Shown here: in pieces, positions 37,180 through 51,870 of the stretch
Position numbering within the stretch: the first letter of the stretch is position 1
How the letters are laid out: each line of letters starts with the position of its first letter
From: Paraspadella gotoi
Taxonomy: Eukaryota > Animalia > Chaetognatha
NCBI GenBank assembly: GCA_051294375.1
Contig: CM119265.1
Span: forward strand, 13,384,124 to 13,448,123
Reading direction: 5' to 3'
DNA length: 64,000 bases
Position numbers and translations under genes: made by a program
Notes under the pieces: generated by a model
Told to the model about the DNA's origin: nothing
What the model saw: the letters and a program-made list of their open reading frames with translations, nothing else
Database searches by the model: none

Positions 37180-40100
37180 TCAAAGCTTGGGATAAAGCGA
37201 TGAACCCCATTGAGGAACACCGTAGGGTTCCAAGGGCGGGGCAGAAGGCTCCTGTTCCTTTTCTGGCGTCGTTGGGCGAGAATTGACCGGGGTTACGTTC
37301 GCCGACGGCACCAAGCAGGCGTAGGGCGGCGGCGCTTCAGAATAATATGGAGGTGGCTGCGAAAGTCGTTGAGAGATAGTATATTATCTTATCATTATTA
37401 TAATATAATAATTATACAATTCTTTGTGGAAAAATTGATAAAACTTAAAAATTTATGTCGTAAAATAGGTTCTTTTTGGTACCTGAAGATAATCTGCCGC
37501 GGCTGCGGCCCCGGCGCCGGCGGCGGCTGCACCAGATTTAAGGGCAGAGTGAGCCTCTTTCGTAATCAGGTACCATGAGTGAACATCCAGCGGGTAATCT
37601 GGACCATTTTCCTGGTGAACAAACTTGGCCGAAGTATCGATCGAGCACAGCAGTACGTATCCACTTTGGTAAAGCGTATACAGCAGGTTGACGGCGAGTG
37701 CTTAGAAATATATTTTTATTTTATTTTATTTAGTACAAAGGATAGACAATTCTCATTGGAACTAACCTTTATTTTGCCAATGTCCCCAGTCCCAGGGATT
37801 CCCTTTAAGCTTCCACTCTTCCGAGGAACCGTACTGTCGGCGACGCTGGACGATCCACTGTTGGCTTATCGCCCTGTCGATATTTTCCACGAGATTCTTG
37901 GGACAGTTGATGGCGCGAATCTTATCTGACTCGTTGAAGCTTAACTAAATTGAATGAAGTTTGTTTTCACAAAGGGAGAAAGTAGAGCAAAGGGACGAAC
38001 CAATCAAATTTACTCACGACAACGACGCTCGTGTTGATGGGGTTGCATCTCTCGAAGAAGCAAGAGTGTTTGTCGTTGTCTTTGCGAGAGCAATCGATGG
38101 TCGACTTTACCATCCAACCTAGAGACATCAGGGCTTCGAGAATCTGCAAGAAAGTAGGAAAAAGAGACAGTAAAAACACAAAAAATGAAACAAAAGATGT
38201 TTAAAGCCAATTAATACTTTGGCAAACATGAGTCGAGCTTGAACGGCGTTTGTTCCATCCGCCCACCACGGAGTTCCATGCATTTCTAAAACGTAAAAGT
38301 CATCCTGAAGATTGGAATTAAGTTTGAAACATTAAATGTTTAGTTTGATTAAGCAAAAATTGTTAATTATTATTAAATAGACACCTTTTGTTCGGATCGT
38401 TTGAGCCCTTGGGGCCAATGTGAATTGATAACTGTTGACACAGATTGCACCACCAAGTGTTGCCAAGTGTTATCATTAGGCAAACGACCTAAAGAAAATT
38501 AATACGCCAAAGTTGAATACAACTGTTTATTGCCACTTCTATCGCTCTGTCTTTTTGTGCCACCATGAGCTTCATCACTACAGTAACTTAAAGATACTAC
38601 AGTCATTAATTAATTTTTAACCAACGAATCTGAGTTCGTCCATCTTGTGGAGGCCCATGCCAAACATGTTGGCCCCGATGCGAAAATCCATCGTCATGGC
38701 AGTTGCCAAGGGGTCCCGCAAGAAAAACAACGTGTCCGTCAATGGGCGGATGTTGCAATTGAGAATGAGGCGCCAACCCTGGTATAGAAAGTGGGATAAC
38801 TTTAAATCTGCCCAGCTTCGTTTGTTGTTATCTACTGTATGCATGATTGACATGATTGAACTAATGCTATGATTCTTAGCCAACTGAAAATAATCAGAAT
38901 TCTTTCTAAATATGGTTAAATATATAACATGAAATAATACCAACTAATAAGCAAGGAATATTGACCAACGACCCACCTGACTAGCCATAGTTTCGATGAT
39001 CCTCAGGATAGAGAGGCGTCCGTGAATGGCCTCACTCTCATTTGTAGTCCATCCCCAAGGACTTCCTTCCATATCCATGACCTGAGATCATCCACTTCAT
39101 ATTATGAAGTTATACTTCTCAATAAAAAGTTGCAGTAAAACCAGCATAGGCTTCATAAACAGGAAATCTGTAATGTACCTGAACGGTTATGGGATCGAAT
39201 TTGTTTTTCTTGTCAGTCGTTTTGCTCTTCATAGTCACTTTTTTGTGCCAGGATTTGCACACGACATCGAACAAAAGTTGCGCCTGAAGATGCGTTAAAA
39301 ATCTTTGTCGTATCATGAAATTGGTACAGCCATTATAAAAATTATCCATCCATACAATAATGTGATTCATTATGTATTACCAATCCACCATCGATGTTGA
39401 TGATCTGCAATTCAGTGGAACAATGAATTCCGACGACAGCGACGGAATGCGAGTCTTGGAAGATCCTCGCCATTTCCGGTTTGTATTCGAAAAATATTGT
39501 CGCAGTGTCGCCTAATCGTCGAAGATCCGACGATACGAGGGGAATCCATCCTGGGGTCAAGTTGAAAATATCATTTAATAAAAATTGGACGATTGAAAAA
39601 AAAAATAGCAATTTCATGCATTAGGCTTAAAAGTTGAAATTGAGAAGCAAGGAAAGATATTGCGCTTAATAGACTAAAGACGAAATTTAATGGATTACCT
39701 TTCATTTCCTTTCAACTTTTTCGGTGTTGGGTTTGCATTGTTATTCATAAAAATTAAGCATTAGCTCAATGCCCTAAACTAGCATGGCCGATTTTCTTAC
39801 TTAAGGCAAAACTTAAAAATTAAACACGATGACAAAATTAAACTAGTTTGAAATTAAACTAAATTAAACGAGCAAACTCACCTCTTCTCCCTAATTTGAG
39901 AAAAATGTCGGCAAGTAATCTTCTCGCCCAAATCGACTGCGAAGTCCCACCCGCGAGGACATGTTCGAAAGGAGAGCCATTCAGTTTGATTTTGTACCCA
40001 TATTCCACCTGTAGACAAGGACAATATTTTTCATCACATCACATCTCTCATCACATCACTGGGTCATTATTTTTTGGTTGGTTTCGCTTAACAGAAATCA

Positions 40101-40619
40101 CATTGTTGAAATGATGATTAAAATGGTACTACCATTGGTTGGTGAGAGGAAATGCCAGGAGGGTAATTTTCCCTGATGCAGTCTAAGATAATTAGAATTT
40201 CTGATTGTCGGCAATAATGAAGATAGAGTGAGTCGCGAACTGGAAATCATCAAACGTAATCAAGTTAGCGATTTTGCAATATTTGTTCTACGGTATCGAA
40301 AACCAGAAGTGTCAATGGAATAACTTCTCTATTTGATGATTTGATAAATTTATTTGTTAGTGCTCATACTTTTGATTGGTAATTTTTTTAATGATTCATA
40401 ATTTCATTAATTTTGAAAAATCTAATTTTTAATGTTTGTTAATATCAAGACGTAGATTAGCAACATTAAACTACGGAGGGTTTCTCATCATCAAGAGTAA
40501 ATAAAGGACCTAAATATAGAACAATCACGTTTACCAAGTGATCCTGTCAAAGTGATTGAAAAGAGAGGCAATCCGTCCGAAGGCGGCGGCGGAATCGGAG
40601 TAGAGGAATCGTTGCCCAT
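37180..40619 (-). CDS. Uncharacterised protein: N-myristoylation motif, four ~95-aa internal repeats, C-terminal PPPY/PSAP/LYPxL tail
   Basis: About 13 exons, from 40619-40535 (MGNDSSTPIPPPPSDG..) to 37356-37180 (PPPYYSEAPPPY..EPSAPPLEPYGVPQWGSSLYPKL*). Repeat cores: IKLNGSPF..ARRLLADIFLKLGRRGWIPLVSSDL..TIFF; MDMEGSPW..HGRLSILRIIETMASQGWRLILNCNI..TLFF; EMHGTPWW..QARLMFAKILEALMSLGWMVKSTIDC..SCFF; WKLKGNPW..LAVNLLYTLYQSGYVLLCSIDT..SWYL. Phases consistent where checked. Confidence 0.85.
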
Positions 40620-43159
40620 TTTCAGTTCTTTGCTTTCTTTCAATTCGTATTTCTAGCTTTTTTGTGTTTTTTTTTAACCAAAGTTACAGATTTTCTGTTT
40701 TGACTTTCATTGTTGGCTGTAAATTATTTAAATCATTAAGAAGAGATTCAAAAGGCATAGATATATTTAGTTGTGGTGAGTCATAGTGAGAAACACCACG
40801 TTCATCCACTGATCTTTTGTTTCAAGCGAAGAAAACATAAAAGCTCGTTAGACTTTGCCACGTAGTATTCAAAGTCCTTTTATCAGACTTAGCAAAAAAT
40901 TATGAAAAGGAAGGATAAGCGAAAAATAAAAATAGTACAAATATAACTCGATCGAACCTAATCGAAAGGATGCCACTTTTACTCTTGCCGTCTGTTTGTT
41001 TAGATGAACGAAATATTAATTATCATCAGGAAAAATACAAATTACAATTATCATTAATGCTGCGGTTAATTTCACGAAGCGATATAAACAAATTAAAACC
41101 AGGAAATCAACTTGTTTCAGTCTCTCAACTACGAAGGCGAAAATTACCCGGCGATATTAATCCTGTTGTTTTGTGTTGTGAGCCGTTGTCCTGCTTTTTA
41201 GGAATTCGCGGCGGCTGCGAACTTCTAGATCTCGATTATCAAAACCAAAAAGAGAAGATTTTTGTCCGCCATTACTAATGCATTAGGCCTGGGGCACATG
41301 GGTAATTAGGGAAATGATTTTTGGTTCTAAACCGGTTACGGCATAAAATTCTGGTGCTTGAATCGCACAAACAGTAGATTTTCTCCTTGGAAAAAACATC
41401 TTACAACTGCTAAACAAAAATATGCAGTTAGAAATAATCAACAATAATTTGAGAAAAATTATAGAAACAATTGGCAAAAAGTTTCAAATGAATATTGGTT
41501 TATGCTTTTTTAAGATTCGAAAAAAAAGGGCAAGAAATGTGACTTAAATTATCTGTTTGTACCAGAGTTCTGGTGATTTATATCTCGATCTTTATCTTCT
41601 CTTTCCTTTTTATCCTCCTTTTTTCTTTTTTTTCTTCTTTTTTTCCGTTCTCCTCCTCTTTTTTCTCTTCCCACTATTTTTTCGGCAAACAAAAATTTTA
41701 AAGTTTGTTTTCGTTCCGAGTTACGACTTCCGTTTCGGACGATGGAGTAGACGATGTAGACGACGACGATGACCACGAAGACGCTGATAATAACAACGAA
41801 GTTAAACACAATGACAGCGAATGCTAGGTCGACTACTATAATCATAACAATGATGACAATAGGGCAAGGATGACAAAGACAAGAAAAAGAATGACGAGGA
41901 TAATTACGACGGCCAAAACGAAGACGACAACCACGACGATGATGACGAAGACGATGACAATGATTTAAAAAAAGAGACAACGACGATCTCAAAGTCGGGG
42001 GGTGGTCTTAGGCTGTTATCCGAAAACAAAGTGAGAAGGAAGTTGACCAATGACAAAAACGATAACGACCAAACAGACGAAAAAGTTGAACCATGACCTC
42101 GTGAAATTATGTTATGTTATGAAAGCCGTCTGGGAGGTGTTACCGACAAAAGCTCGATACTAATTCCGATATATTATATGCCATTACTTCAACAACTCAA
42201 AAAAAGTAAAAAAATATCTGAAAACAGTTTTAAAATGAGAAGGTTCGATAAGGAAATATTAGGTCGACGAATTAGATTTGGAAGGATTAGAAAAGATTGA
42301 CCACTGGAGTGGAAGCAAACAAACCTGTTCCGAGAAGGAGAATATATTGTTGAAGTCAAAAGGAGAAAGGTAGCGTTGAAAGCTATGCCTATAGTATGAA
42401 ATTGAAAGACGGAGACAAAGCGAAAATAATAAGAATAAGAAAAATGACAGAAAGAATGACAAGAATGAGTAAAAACATAAATGGGAGAAGAAAAAAAAAA
42501 GGAAAAACCGAATTGAAAAGCAAGAGGCGAAGCTAAAAGACGAGGGAAAGAGGAAACGGAACGGAGAGAGCCGGCAGAGGCGCTGCCAACCGCGCAAAAA
42601 AGATAAAACCTCACGTTTGTTTGCAAACAGAACCGGCGTCCAAAGAACTTCGCAAACATTAAGGGGCCCTTTTCCGAGCTGCGATCTGAATTTAACGAAA
42701 ACGAAATAAAAAAAAAAGGATTTCTCCAATTTTAATACCATTTATTTGGGAATTTTTAAAAATGACCTTTAGATCGGCTTTTGTCGCGATTCTTAGTTGC
42801 TGGTGCCTTTTGGAATTCATTAGCTCTTCCAGCAGAGTAAATGGAAGGTAAGCTGGCAGGTAAAATTCGGGCCAGGGTGGGAGGATTGAGAGAAAAACTT
42901 GGAAAGAGAGAATAAATACGCGACGAAAAAAAAGCTAAGAAACGAATTAATGAACGTAAGAGGAAATGAACAAACGAACCAAAAGACGAAGGAAAGAAAA
43001 AAAACGAATGAGAGAAGCAACGCACGATCTTACGAACAAACGAAGGAACAAAAGAACGAAAAAACGAATTAACTAATTTGACAGATTTCTTTGCTAAAAA
43101 TTAATATGTATAATTATATATTTGATATTTTGAGGGTAGTGATGCATGAAGTCATAAAA

Positions 43160-43245
<86 letters not shown>

Positions 43246-44190
43246 CTCCTGCATAAAATTCTTCTCACGTTCAAAAGGGATTCGAAAAGGGGGGCGTCGG
43301 AAAACTTCTGAGATACACGTATCGACCAGAAATGATAGTCACTCTCGAAGCCACGAGCAAAGGGCGCGAGTGTGAACAGATGACAGACTATCATTGACAG
43401 GCTTCAAAAATTCGATATTCAATTCGGGGCGTTGGCCGGTTTCGTTCGGACTCGAAACGATTGACATCAAATCGATTCCTACTCAATGGAAAATGTCGAG
43501 AATTAATTTTTTGACGAATTCATTGAAATGGAAATTCACTTAGAGGAACTGTATTAAAAAGAGAAAGATGTTTAAAGATGAAAGTGGCGCGCAAAGGAAC
43601 CCAAGTAAACTGGCATTTCACCCTGAAAATTGTTTATAGATGGCGGGAAAAGAGATATTTCCAGCGGAAAGAAAGGTGACTAATGCGTCAAGGGGGGCGA
43701 AGGGCCAATAAATTTAGATGAATGATAAAGACTCTTTATTTTTCATAATGGCATTATTCGAAGAGCATCGAAGAGTCGAAGTCGCACGACATAAAATTTT
43801 ATTTCTCTCCACGCGCGTCAATGATCAAAACATGTCTTGAAAATGAGTCACATGACTGACTGTCGAAGAAAGGGTCATGAGAAAACGACAGAAGCAAGCC
43901 GACGGGGCCACGAAGTACAAAAGGGGATGGGGCGAGCAGAAAAAGAAAGAGGGCGGGCCCGAAAGGGCGTGGCTGCGACCTCCGAATATAATTCCCATTC
44001 GTCGAATAACCATTTCATTAAGGTCATCTATATTCCGCTCGATTCGACGCCGTCCTTCGCCAGATACACAACCGATATAGAGAACGACTGGAGGACGAAA
44101 AGGGGAGAGGGGGGTGGCCCGGTATGGGGAGAGAAGGACTCTCTCAGGGAGAGTGCGCTAGAAAGAGAGAAGAGAGAGAAGAGGAGAGAG

Positions 44191-44244
<54 letters not shown>

Positions 44245-44250
<6 letters not shown>

Positions 44251-44312
44251 ATGAATGAATATAAGGATACGGTCATGGGCAAAACTCCGCGAGAGACAGA
44301 GAAAGAAAGAGA

Positions 44313-44373
<61 letters not shown>

Positions 44374-44425
44374 AAGAATGAATGAATATAAGGATACGGT
44401 CATGGGCACAAACTCCGCGAGAGAC

Positions 44426-44435
<10 letters not shown>
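44245..44435 (+). repeat. Two tandem copies of a ~60-bp unique unit embedded in (GA)n
   Basis: gaaagaatgaatgaatataaggatacggtcatgggc(a)aaactccgcgagagacagagaaag at ~44245 and ~44372. Confidence 0.8.
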
Positions 44436-44522
<87 letters not shown>

Positions 44523-45981
44523 TGCGACAAAATGAGGAAATCATTAAGAGTGAAAGGAGAAATTCGGGTCGACTTCCGGGAAGTGAAGAGAGAAAGTGTA
44601 AGTGTATTTGTCAATGAGTGAATTTGTAACGTGTGAATAATGAGACGGTGACTTTTACCAAGACTATAGTTATGACAAAGTCACTTGTTTAAAGAGCTCC
44701 CTTGATCGCGTTTATGTTTTATTGAAATGTTCTTCTTTGCTTATATATGTTATATATACATATATATGTATAAATATACATATATATGTATAAATATATA
44801 TATTACTAGACATGACTCAAACATCTAAAGTTCCGCCGCCGCCACTTCATAAAATGTGCAATTTGTGCGTGCGACGATAGATTTTATTAAAACAAAGGCA
44901 GAGTAATTTGGCTAATCAATCGACGTCGTTTTTTCCTCCTCCCTCAAGATTTCCCTCCCGTCGCGTCGGCTCGAGCGAATAATTTTCTCAAGAAAATCTA
45001 TTAAGGGAAACATAAAAGTGACGCAAGCAAAAATACCTTCTATCGGAGTTTCCCATTAACGCCGTTAGGGAGAGCAAGGATTGTCTCATAAACCAAGTCG
45101 TTCGAGTCGCTGGAAAAGAAAGGCAAACAAAAGAGAAATAGGTATGAATTAAGTATGAAATCACGTTATGAAATTTTTAAACGAATATTTGAAATCAAAA
45201 TATTTTTCTTAAACATTTTTTCAGATATTTTTGTTATCTTTTTCAATCAAAAAAATGAATTTGCATCCGTTTCGAACCGTTCGGTGACTAAATCAGGTTT
45301 GTTTGATCTTGGGCATTGACAAACCTGGCCACCTGCTTTCTACAAGTATTCAATGCGGATTGAGCAGCCGTTCTCCTCAGACGCCATTTCTCAAAACAAA
45401 ATTAGCGAAACCTCCCTCCGTCCAATATGAGGGGAAGGACAGCGATAAAACTGCCAGAAAGACAAACGTCGTCGTTGGCGTCGATACGTTTGGCGACGCT
45501 AACGTCGTCTTCGTCGTTGTCGTCGTCGTCTTCGTCGTTGTCGTCGTCGTCTTCGTCGTTGTCGTGACAAAAAGAGACTTTCCTTTGTATTTTGCCTCGC
45601 TGAAAAAAAGTGGTTTCAGGTCTTGTGAGCCTGATGATTGGTGATGGCGGAAAGGGTTAAAATGACGAGCGTTGCGGGTTCGAAAATCATTGCTTATTTA
45701 CGATGTTCACGCTGATACTTAGTCCAGCAAATGTGGACTTTGTCTGGAGAATTTTAAAAACATCTTCTGGTATTTTCAAATACCATTGCCCAATAATGCC
45801 AGATAATCTTTAAATTGTTCGCTAAGACCGTAATTGTTCGCGGTACGGAACGAAAAACGGGAAATATTGTTCGCAGGCGATAATTTGATTTCAGTTGAAA
45901 GCCAACGAAAAACGACCAGAGGCGACTGGAGCCACGCGCGCTCTAGCCTCGCGGCGAGAAAGGGAGTGATAATAATTCATG

Positions 45982-46078
<97 letters not shown>

Positions 46079-46223
46079 CCATAGCCAGGTAAAAGTATTT
46101 ATAAGGATTTTATCACTTTCGAGATAGCGAGACAGAGACTTAATGGATCGGAAGGTATTGAAAGCGCGCCCTGCTTATCAAGGACGACGTCGACTGCACA
46201 GATTAAGGGGATCCAGATATCTT

Positions 46224-46353
<130 letters not shown>

Positions 46354-47696
46354 AGAGATTTGACGCTTCGATATTGCCTTCAGCCCACTCGATCTCGCTG
46401 GAGTTCTCTTTCACTTTCTCCCCGGTTTGGTCAGCGCCATCTGTGACCAACGTCTGGAAACCGAATCCCGTTCTCGATCTCCACCACATCATCCTCGGCC
46501 CACCTTCGACAACGCCCATTTCCTGGTTCCGGGTCCGTTTATTGGAATTCCGGCGCCGGAGGCGGAAATTTGATTCTCGGCGTCGAAATTCGATGAAAGC
46601 GTCGCGACGAGAAAAAAGGGGGGGCTCCGATTTTAGATGCGACCGAAGGTGAATCGAATTCTGGAGCACGAGGGGAGGTTTAAGTATTAGGTTAAGGTAT
46701 GTGACCACTACTACTATGTTAGAATTCCTGGGACATTGCAATAAAAGGTTGGGTAAGAAAGTCCTTATGTCTCTCAATCAAGAATTAAACCTTAAAATGT
46801 TAAAAGTTTATGTAGAAATATTAATTAATTATATATTGCGTTGTAGAAAATTTGGATCGCCGATTTTCTTTCTTAAAATCCAATCTAAAGATTGACTCAA
46901 AGCAAATTATACATAAAACGTTTAAAACTATTGAGAATTTTTTTAAAAAAAATTAATATGTGTCAGAGTCGTGACATGGTTTTCCAACGGTTAAAAGTGG
47001 TGTTTTTTCGCCCGACACAAAAAAAATTGGGTCCTACTTCGCCTTTTGATCGCGTCAATGTCTTTCGAAGAGAAAAAAAAAAGTTTTTTCAATTGGAAAA
47101 ATCGATTTCTCCAGTTTCCTCTTTGTTTTGCCTTCTAAGACTTCCTTTTTTTTGTTTTTGTTTTTTTGTTTCGGTTTTCCCATGTCTCGTTAGGAATTCA
47201 TGAGTTCGAATCCTGAAGGGGCCACTACTGCTTTTTTTTTTTTTGGTCTCTCTCCTCCTTCGCAATCTCATTGCTTGTTTTTTTTTTCCAGAGTTGGTGG
47301 GATTTGCAGTCGTCTTTGTGAGACTCCGATTTTCTGTTGCACGTTCGTTGCTTTTTCTTACATTAATGGTTATAGATTATAAATTATTATGAATGATTTT
47401 TATTTTTTTCGGTGGCCAATTATATTTTTCTAGACAGTAAAATTGTCTATAAATGGGCTGAATTATGCTCAAGCGAACAAAACTATATTCCTTAAACCTA
47501 CGCCTCACCCACTGTTTCCTTTTCGCGCCTCGTTTCACTTCGAAATTCCAGCATCTGCTAAAGTCGTCGAGCACTTGGTTAAGCCTCTGGAGACGCTGTG
47601 TTGTCTGCGTTTGCTCCCCCAAAAAATATTTTTCGCTCGATAAACCTAAACTTAAAAAAAATGTCTTTGTTTGTACGTTTATACTCCTAAGTTATT

Positions 47697-47810
<114 letters not shown>

Positions 47811-48314
47811 ACGATCAATGTCGTCACCTTCCCGTCAACAACGACAGAACTAATCGCGTTGCGAATACGTTAAAAAAAGGACCCGTCGTTCTTGACGGAC
47901 GTGACGTGAGATTACGTCTCAATTTGCGACAAAAAAAACCAGCGTCTGTCGAACTCTTGACGGGGGAAAAACGAGAAGAACAATCTCAGCCGCGAAGGAA
48001 GGGTTACGCACATGATGACGCACGTGCACACTTTGACAATGGCGCACTAAATAATATCGAAGATGAACATGGCAACTCATAAGATGACGCTGATGCACAT
48101 TCTGATGCACAAGTTGACGCATATGCAGAATTAGACATTGACCAATGACCAACATGCTGACGGAGAAGCTTTCTCTCACAATGACGCTCACGCAGACGCG
48201 AAAGGGGGGAAAAAAACTTGGCTTTTGCCATCTTTGCCGCCCACCTAAGTCAAGCGACCTTCACAAACGACCTTCGCTTCGCTGCTTTATTTTCACCCCT
48301 TTTCAGCGCTTGAG

Positions 48315-48554
48315 GGAATCACCCATTCCGATGCGAGACGGAGAAAAAGACTCACCCATTTTAATGTGAAAGAGAGACTCACCCATTCGGATGCGCGAAA
48401 GAGACTTACTCACCCATTCTAATATTAAAGACTCACCCATTCCGATAAGAGAGACTTACCCATGCAAGAAAAAGGTCTCGTTCATTCTGATGCGCGAAAG
48501 AGACTCGCCCTGTCAGAAAAAATTCCTACCCTCCTATTTTAATATGGGATAAAG

Positions 48555-48608
<54 letters not shown>

Positions 48609-48850
48609 CCTATTTATTCCTGCCAATGCGAGTGGTAGTCTAAGATTTAATCAGGTGTACAAATAAATTACTATCACCCATTCCTGTGCGAGTAAAAACT
48701 CATATTCTTTAACGTTCTAAAAAAATGTGATGTTAAAAAAAACTCAGCAATCCTGACGCAAGGGAGAGAGTCACCGATTCCCAAGGCGGGGATAAGTATC
48801 TCGCTTCAGTCAATCTTCACATCTGGGACCCATTCTCACGCACTCACCAG
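48315..48850 (-). repeat. Degenerate ~30-bp repeat array containing aatgg|gtgagtc (5' splice-site consensus) on the minus strand
   Basis: Plus strand gactcacccatt-like units near 48318, 48351, 48378, 48410, 48432, 48455, 48675, 48771 and 48842. Confidence 0.7.
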
Positions 48851-50308
48851 AGATAATCACCGTTTTTAATCTGTGATCTTAGTGCAATAATTTAAACTTC
48901 TAGTCTTCTAGTCTTCTTGTCTACTACGTAGAATTATCAGATATTTTTTACCGAAACACTAAGCATTAGAAAAAGAAAACATTTAGAATTTATCTTATAC
49001 GAGCAGCATTTTTTAGTGGTAATTGGGTACATTAGGACCGATAGGTAGCTTGATGAGTATTTTTCTTTATCCAGCAAGCCGATTCTGCAAAAAAAAACAC
49101 AAAAAAACATGATAAATAGAGATGTTTTTCTTCCTTGACTTTTTCGTTCTGTCCTCTTTTCTCCACATGTCCTATCCATGCTTGTCCAAAGTCGTGTCCT
49201 TCTTTGTCGTTTCCCAATCGCTGTCTCTCTCATCCCCTCCCCCCCAGTTTCCCCCCTTCTCCTCCTCTTCCTCATCCTCCAAACCTTTCGCCATCTATGA
49301 ACTCGAAAAGGAAGTTATTGAGGTTTTTCCGACTTTTTTCGGCGAAAGAAAAGAAGCAGAAAAAGAGAGAAAAGTCGAGGTCGTTGTTTTCGCCATTGAA
49401 GTCGTCGTCGTCGTCGTCGTCGTCGTCGTGATCTTCGACTGCTGCTTTGTCGTCTTGGTCATTACTTCTAACTGTTTACTATCGATTTTATTGTTGTCTT
49501 CCCTTTTTTGTCGTCACCCAGCTGAGGCAATCTCTCTCTCTCTTCTCTCTCACTCTCTCTCTCTCTCTCTCTCTTCTCTCCTCTCTCTCTCTCTCTCTCT
49601 TCTTCTCTGTATCTCACACATTCTCCGCTCCCCCAGGACCCGTTTATTTATTTTTCTCATTTCGCGCGAATTTCTTCCAGTTTTCGGTCCATTAAAGGAT
49701 TTTTCTTTGAGTGAATTTCGGCAGAGACGGTGGAAGAATTCGATAGTAGTTTTTGGCGAGACTGGGTGTCGGTGGTGGCGTAGGAGACGGCAAATGGAAA
49801 GATCGATGGCGAAGCGATGGATGAGATGGAGTGTTGGAGTGTCAATGAAGTTGACAAAGATGATGACAAAGTATTATCAATGGAGTACATGGAACTAAAG
49901 TCGTTACATTGAATGATGGCGACATGCTCGCGGGGGCATGACGAAAAGGCAGTCCGGGACAAGTGGAAATTAGCCAAAAACCGACCCATATTCTTTCGGG
50001 TTTATCTTTAGATTGACTCCCTGTCATTCACAAAAAAATTCGAGAGAATTTCAGTATTTTTTTTTTTCCATTTCGTTATAAATCTTTGTAAATACTAAAT
50101 ACAGTCGCAAACTTACGTACTTACTTACTTACGTACTTACATGAAAAAATCTACCGAGAAGTGAAGTACAATTTTAACGATGAGCAACGCGCGTGAAGGA
50201 ACTAAACGTGATTTAGTAAAAAACGAATGAAGTCATTAAATCTTAATACAAAACATGGCGAGCAGCTGCCGCCATATAAAAGACAACAAGCGAGGCATGT
50301 GCAATTAA

Positions 50309-50412
<104 letters not shown>

Positions 50413-50569
50413 TACTTAATTCTCAACATTCATCAAGACAAAAAACCGTAAAAAAATCACAGCGAGAGAAAAAGAAAATAAAAAACAAAAGGGAAAGTTT
50501 TTTCTTTTTTTTTTTAACTTCGTCTCGTATTCGTCTCCTTTTCGTAGCCGATCTCGATCTTTACCTACG

Positions 50570-50712
50570 ATCATTCATTCATTAATTCATTAATTCATTC
50601 ATTCATTCATTCATTCATTCTTTCATTCATTCATTCATTCATTCATTCATTCATTCATTCATTCATTCATTCATTCATTCATTCATTCATTCATTCATTC
50701 ATTCATTCATTC
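50570..50712. repeat. (TTCA)n tetranucleotide microsatellite
   Basis: Direct tandem run. Confidence 0.95.
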
Positions 50713-51818
50713 CCCTCCCTCAGATGTTTTTTTCAAAAAATTCTGACCGAAGCAGAAGTCATCAATCAATCGATGAGAACCGAAGAGACAACAGAGATAT
50801 CGTTTTTTATCTGCCTATTAAATGCAACTCCTCGGCTTTTTCCTCCTTCTCTCCTTTTCTCCCCCTTTCCTCCTCGTTTACTTTATCGTTGTTTACGTTT
50901 CGGTTCTCGCTGTTTTCGTTGTCCGCTGAGGATGTTGTTGTTATAAGGACGACGACGACGACGAGGGCGACACCGTCGACGTCGAAGACGACGCTCACGG
51001 CGACGTGGAACGTGACGCCGACGACCGAAGACGACGACCAAAGTTTGTTTTCTTTTCCCTCGTTTATTGGATTTTGAACCCCGGTTGTCACGGCAACGAA
51101 AAGCGACGGTGCGAAGGGAATTCAATTCTCTTCTCGATACTCGACTTTTTTTATTTTTTATTTATTTATTTTTCAGGCAAAGGAGTCAAAACGACGATTA
51201 AGACGAGGACGATGACAAAATAGTTTGCATTGATATCTCTGTTGTTGGTTTGGTGAGGCAAAAAAAAAAAAAAAAAACTCCGCAAACTAAAGAGGTATTT
51301 TTTCTAGGTAACCCCGTCACGACGACGATTATTAAGACGGTAACGATGATGAAATCTTGGAGATCAAAACCACAATTACAAAGAACCTGTTTTTTCCCGC
51401 CTTTTTCTTCTTCTACGGATCATCTTTGGCGAAAAGTCGTAAAGGGTCGAAGAAGTAAGTGATTATTGAAGATATAGAGTTCAATGTAAATGATAACTAA
51501 AGTATGGTTGACGGTTTGGACTATTGAGCACAATATTTTTTAACTTCAAAACTATTTTAAAAAATAAGGTGTTTTTTTTTGTCTTTGTACTTTTAATTTG
51601 GTTGTTTTGAGGATTCCAACTCCCTCCCAAAGAAAAGGATTCTCAATTCAAGAAACTGAATTTCCAGAAAATCAGTGGTTTATTTGAATCTGCCTCCCGC
51701 CGTGATTCAATCATTGAGGCCACCAAACTGACGCTGGTAAAAAGAAAAAGAAGTTCGCGGAACATTTTTAACAGGAGTCGGAAGATGTTCGAGACATTTG
51801 AATGGAGAAGGATAGGAG

Positions 51819-51870
<52 letters not shown>

